Source: a virus. From it: DNA of 64,000 nucleotides. The notes beneath the pieces are model-generated. The model searched no databases. It saw nothing but the letters and a program-made list of their open reading frames with translations, and was not told the origin of the DNA. The stretch lies in the IMG/VR virus record IMGVR_UViG_3300034196_000019, positions 26,623-90,622 of that record; one strand, written 5' to 3'. Position 1 is the first letter of the stretch. Each line of letters opens with the position of its first letter. Made by a program: the position numbers and the translations under genes. Shown here piece after piece: positions 61,389 through 64,000 of this stretch.

Positions 61389-62756
61389 TTATTTCATGGC
61401 TTTAGCGCTAGCTACGCCTACTGCACGAATTTTATCAATGAGAGAAGCCTCAGACTGTTCTTTCTCAGGAGCTTCACTCTCAACACCTTCACCACCAATC
61501 TCTTCAAAGGAAGCTGCACGAGCATCTTTGGTAGCTTTGAATTGACCTACGATCACAGAGAACGAGGCGTCATCAAGCGAAGCCAGAGCATTGAGGTTCA
61601 TATCTACTTGGTCTGCTGGGAGTTGTTCAGCCAGCATTGCACGGCGGCTATCTACAGCAGCTTGTGCTTTAGCACCTTCAAGTTCTGCGAGCTTAGCTTT
61701 CATTCCAGTGAATGCAGCTTCTTTCTCAGCAAGGCTAGCTGTCAGAGTAGATACAGCACCTTTCAAATCGGCCATTGTTGCCAGTTGTTCATTTGCAGCA
61801 CTAAGCTGTGCTTGCAATTCTTGTAGTTGTGCCATTTCGGTTTGTACCCCTTCAGACTTTGAAAATTTAAAGAAACGATCCTTTACGGACATTGGTTTTG
61901 TCTCCATGTTTGTTTGAGCCCTGTCAGCAAGATACGAGTAAAACTCTTCGGGGTCCATGATAAGGTCAGCAAGACCTAATTCAATTGCTTGCTCAATTGG
62001 GAACATAGCAGCTTCTGTATTCTTTACAGCCTCTACAGACATTTTGCGCATAGTGGCTACATGAGTTGCAAACTTCTCATAAGAATCGTCAACACTTTCC
62101 TTGAGGCCTTGCAAGAAGCCTGGACGCCAACTACCATCATCGGCCCAAGGTTGCTTTTCAGCACCAGCATAGATAAAGGACCGTTCATAACCCTCCATCT
62201 CTAAGGCCTTGCTGTCATTGACAATTTCTATGATGACACCCACAGATCCCAGAGAAGCGTCAGGATGTCCAATGATTTGATCAGCAATAGAGGTAAGACC
62301 GTATGCCGCAGAGGCTGATCTACCATCGACATACGCCAGGATCTCAATACCGTTATCATCAGCAAGCTTTCTAATGTATTGCCCAGCTTGGATCATTCCG
62401 AAAGCATAACCACCACCGCTGTCTACGTTGAATACAACAGTCTTAGCTCCACGGGCTACAGCATCTTCCATATCAGCTTTCAAAGCCGTATACGACTGCC
62501 CGCCACAAGACATCCCCATGAACGAGACCGGTTTGTAGGTCAAGGGTCCAATGATATCCATGACAGCGGTTTGAGTGTCTTCATTGTAGATATAACTAGA
62601 GGATTCTTCATCGTCCTCTAGCATGTCTGCTTTAATGTCCACCTCTTTACGGTTACGGGCATTGAGATAACCGACAACAGAATTTAAGGTTTCTTGATCA
62701 GAATACAAAGGAGTGTTATAAAGGCTCTCCCTAAGACGCCATACTTCGTGGGACAT
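61389..62756 (-). CDS. S49 head maturation protease fused to scaffold
   Basis: DSGGG, SASAAY, GSVGV, GLAD; coiled-coil C-terminus. Confidence 0.9.
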   Translation of the reverse strand: MSHEVWRLRESLYNTPLYSDQETLNSVVGYLNARNRKEVDIKADMLEDDEESSSYIYNEDTQTAVMDIIGPLTYKPVSFMGMSCGGQSYTALKADMEDAVARGAKTVVFNVDSGGGYAFGMIQAGQYIRKLADDNGIEILAYVDGRSASAAYGLTSIADQIIGHPDASLGSVGVIIEIVNDSKALEMEGYERSFIYAGAEKQPWADDGSWRPGFLQGLKESVDDSYEKFATHVATMRKMSVEAVKNTEAAMFPIEQAIELGLADLIMDPEEFYSYLADRAQTNMETKPMSVKDRFFKFSKSEGVQTEMAQLQELQAQLSAANEQLATMADLKGAVSTLTASLAEKEAAFTGMKAKLAELEGAKAQAAVDSRRAMLAEQLPADQVDMNLNALASLDDASFSVIVGQFKATKDARAASFEEIGGEGVESEAPEKEQSEASLIDKIRAVGVASAKAMK

Positions 62757-62767
62757 CTTGGTCCTCC

Positions 62768-64000
62768 TTATGCATTAGAATTATTAGAAACACTTGCATC
62801 CCCTGAGCCAGCAGTTGAAGTTCCGTTAGTGTTGGACATCCCTTGCTGCATACCTTTTCCGCTTTCCGAACTAGCCCCAACTCCAGTAGGATCAAGTAGC
62901 TTCATAAGCTCTTCTGTGGTTGCGTTATCTGGTACTTGATAATCAACGCCGATATCTCTCAATACTTGATTAATTACTTGAGGTACTATTGGAATAAGAC
63001 CAACGGCTTTTGCCCTTTGCCAGAATTTCCCTTTATTGTCAAGAGTTTCCTGATTTGGAAGCTCATAATCGAAGAAAGGTAAGACTGATGTATCCCAGGA
63101 ATTTTGTTCAAACAAAGTCTGTACAAGCTGGTGATTAAGCTGATCTTTAATCTCATTGAGCTTAGACTTAACAGCCATATCAATGATATCTACTTTACTC
63201 TCTGAAAGAGAATAACTACCACCTGATCCACCACCAAGAGAAAGCACATCAGCAAAGAGTCCTACTTGAATCTCACGGCTGTATCTAGAGATAATCTTAT
63301 CTACATCATAAGACTTAGAACCTGAGATATTCTTAATCTCAAAATCAAACATCCGCTTACCTTCAGCATCTGTAAGCATTGGCAAAATAAAGCCACTACT
63401 TTTAGCTTGGTGAGCTTCAGCCATCATTCGCTTATACATTTCAAAAGACTTCTTCCGGTCTTCGTCAGCATCTTCTGTGAGATATTCAGGAGGAAGGAAC
63501 AAGATCTTGAATGCGTTCGAGTCTTGAGCCACTGAGATAGCCTCCGACTCTTGGAAAGCCTTCTTGTACTTGTATGATTCCCAGACCCCAGAAAGTGGAC
63601 TCTGGCCGCATGGTGAATCATTCTGTGGATTATGCCTAAAGTGCAAGAACTTCTTACGAGGGATGAACTTCAGTGTATAGCCTCTGTTTTGCTCGTAAGC
63701 TCGTACTGTATCCCACCCATTCTCTGTGATAACTTCTGTTCCAGCATAAGGCAAGATAACTTGTTGCCATAAGCCTAGAAGCTGTCGTCCATCCTGCGAC
63801 CACTCCCACTTATAAATACTACCTTGACTACGCCCTGGGAGCCCTTTAAGGCCAACCAAACCATCGTCATAATTACTACCAAAACGCTTGTTCCTAAACC
63901 GTAGGGCAATCTCATTGATTGCAAATCCATAACGGTTAAAGCTAGCCATTTGCTTGATATAAGACAGCCAGCTTTGGTCCATATCATTCATCTGTTGCTC
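62768..64000 (-). CDS. Portal protein (5' end outside the window)
   Basis: IPRKKFLHFRH, SPCGQSPL, GSYSLSESK; upstream of the protease. Confidence 0.9.
   Translation of the reverse strand, partial: EQQMNDMDQSWLSYIKQMASFNRYGFAINEIALRFRNKRFGSNYDDGLVGLKGLPGRSQGSIYKWEWSQDGRQLLGLWQQVILPYAGTEVITENGWDTVRAYEQNRGYTLKFIPRKKFLHFRHNPQNDSPCGQSPLSGVWESYKYKKAFQESEAISVAQDSNAFKILFLPPEYLTEDADEDRKKSFEMYKRMMAEAHQAKSSGFILPMLTDAEGKRMFDFEIKNISGSKSYDVDKIISRYSREIQVGLFADVLSLGGGSGGSYSLSESKVDIIDMAVKSKLNEIKDQLNHQLVQTLFEQNSWDTSVLPFFDYELPNQETLDNKGKFWQRAKAVGLIPIVPQVINQVLRDIGVDYQVPDNATTEELMKLLDPTGVGASSESGKGMQQGMSNTNGTSTAGSGDASVSNNSNA

Noticed and set aside
10422-62939. Numerous plus-strand ORFs antisense to nrdA, SSB, J, tape measure, tube and capsid genes
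   Set aside because: Shadow frames of codon-biased real genes, with no RBS or recognisable motifs

Overview
The window is a 64 kb slice of a large, apparently lytic dsDNA siphovirus, most likely infecting Pseudomonas (the tail-tip and fibre genes are of Pseudomonas type). From right to left on the minus strand it carries portal, S49 protease/scaffold, decoration, major capsid, neck, a lambda-like tail (tube, chaperone with -1 frameshift, tape measure, M/L/K/I/J), a tail fibre and a lysis cassette (41.4-64 kb). A plus-strand block (33.1-41.4 kb) holds a stand-alone fibre/adhesin operon and small accessory genes. A long minus-strand block (2.3-32.6 kb) encodes primase-helicase, family A DNA polymerase, an SSB-like protein, exonuclease, nucleotide metabolism (MazG-like, ThyX, glutaredoxin, NrdAB), several free-standing endonucleases and many small ORFs behind sigma70-like promoters. 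I found no tRNA, CRISPR array, integrase or reverse transcriptase. The most unusual features are: (1) two gene-free regions about 31 kb apart (0.8-2.3 kb and 32.6-33.15 kb) that share a 47-bp element with a perfect 20-mer, contain sequence-variable GC-closed mini-hairpins (about 30-bp periodic in the left one), and each lie near an HTH gene plus T5orf172 nuclease gene pair; (2) five interrupted genes, including an in-frame TAG in thyX; (3) a primase-helicase lacking its zinc-binding domain; (4) a protein with a Gly/Pro tract ending in an ssrA-like degron; (5) a hairpin-sequestered HNH ribosome-binding site with an internal promoter. Protein family calls come from motif recognition by eye, not database searches.
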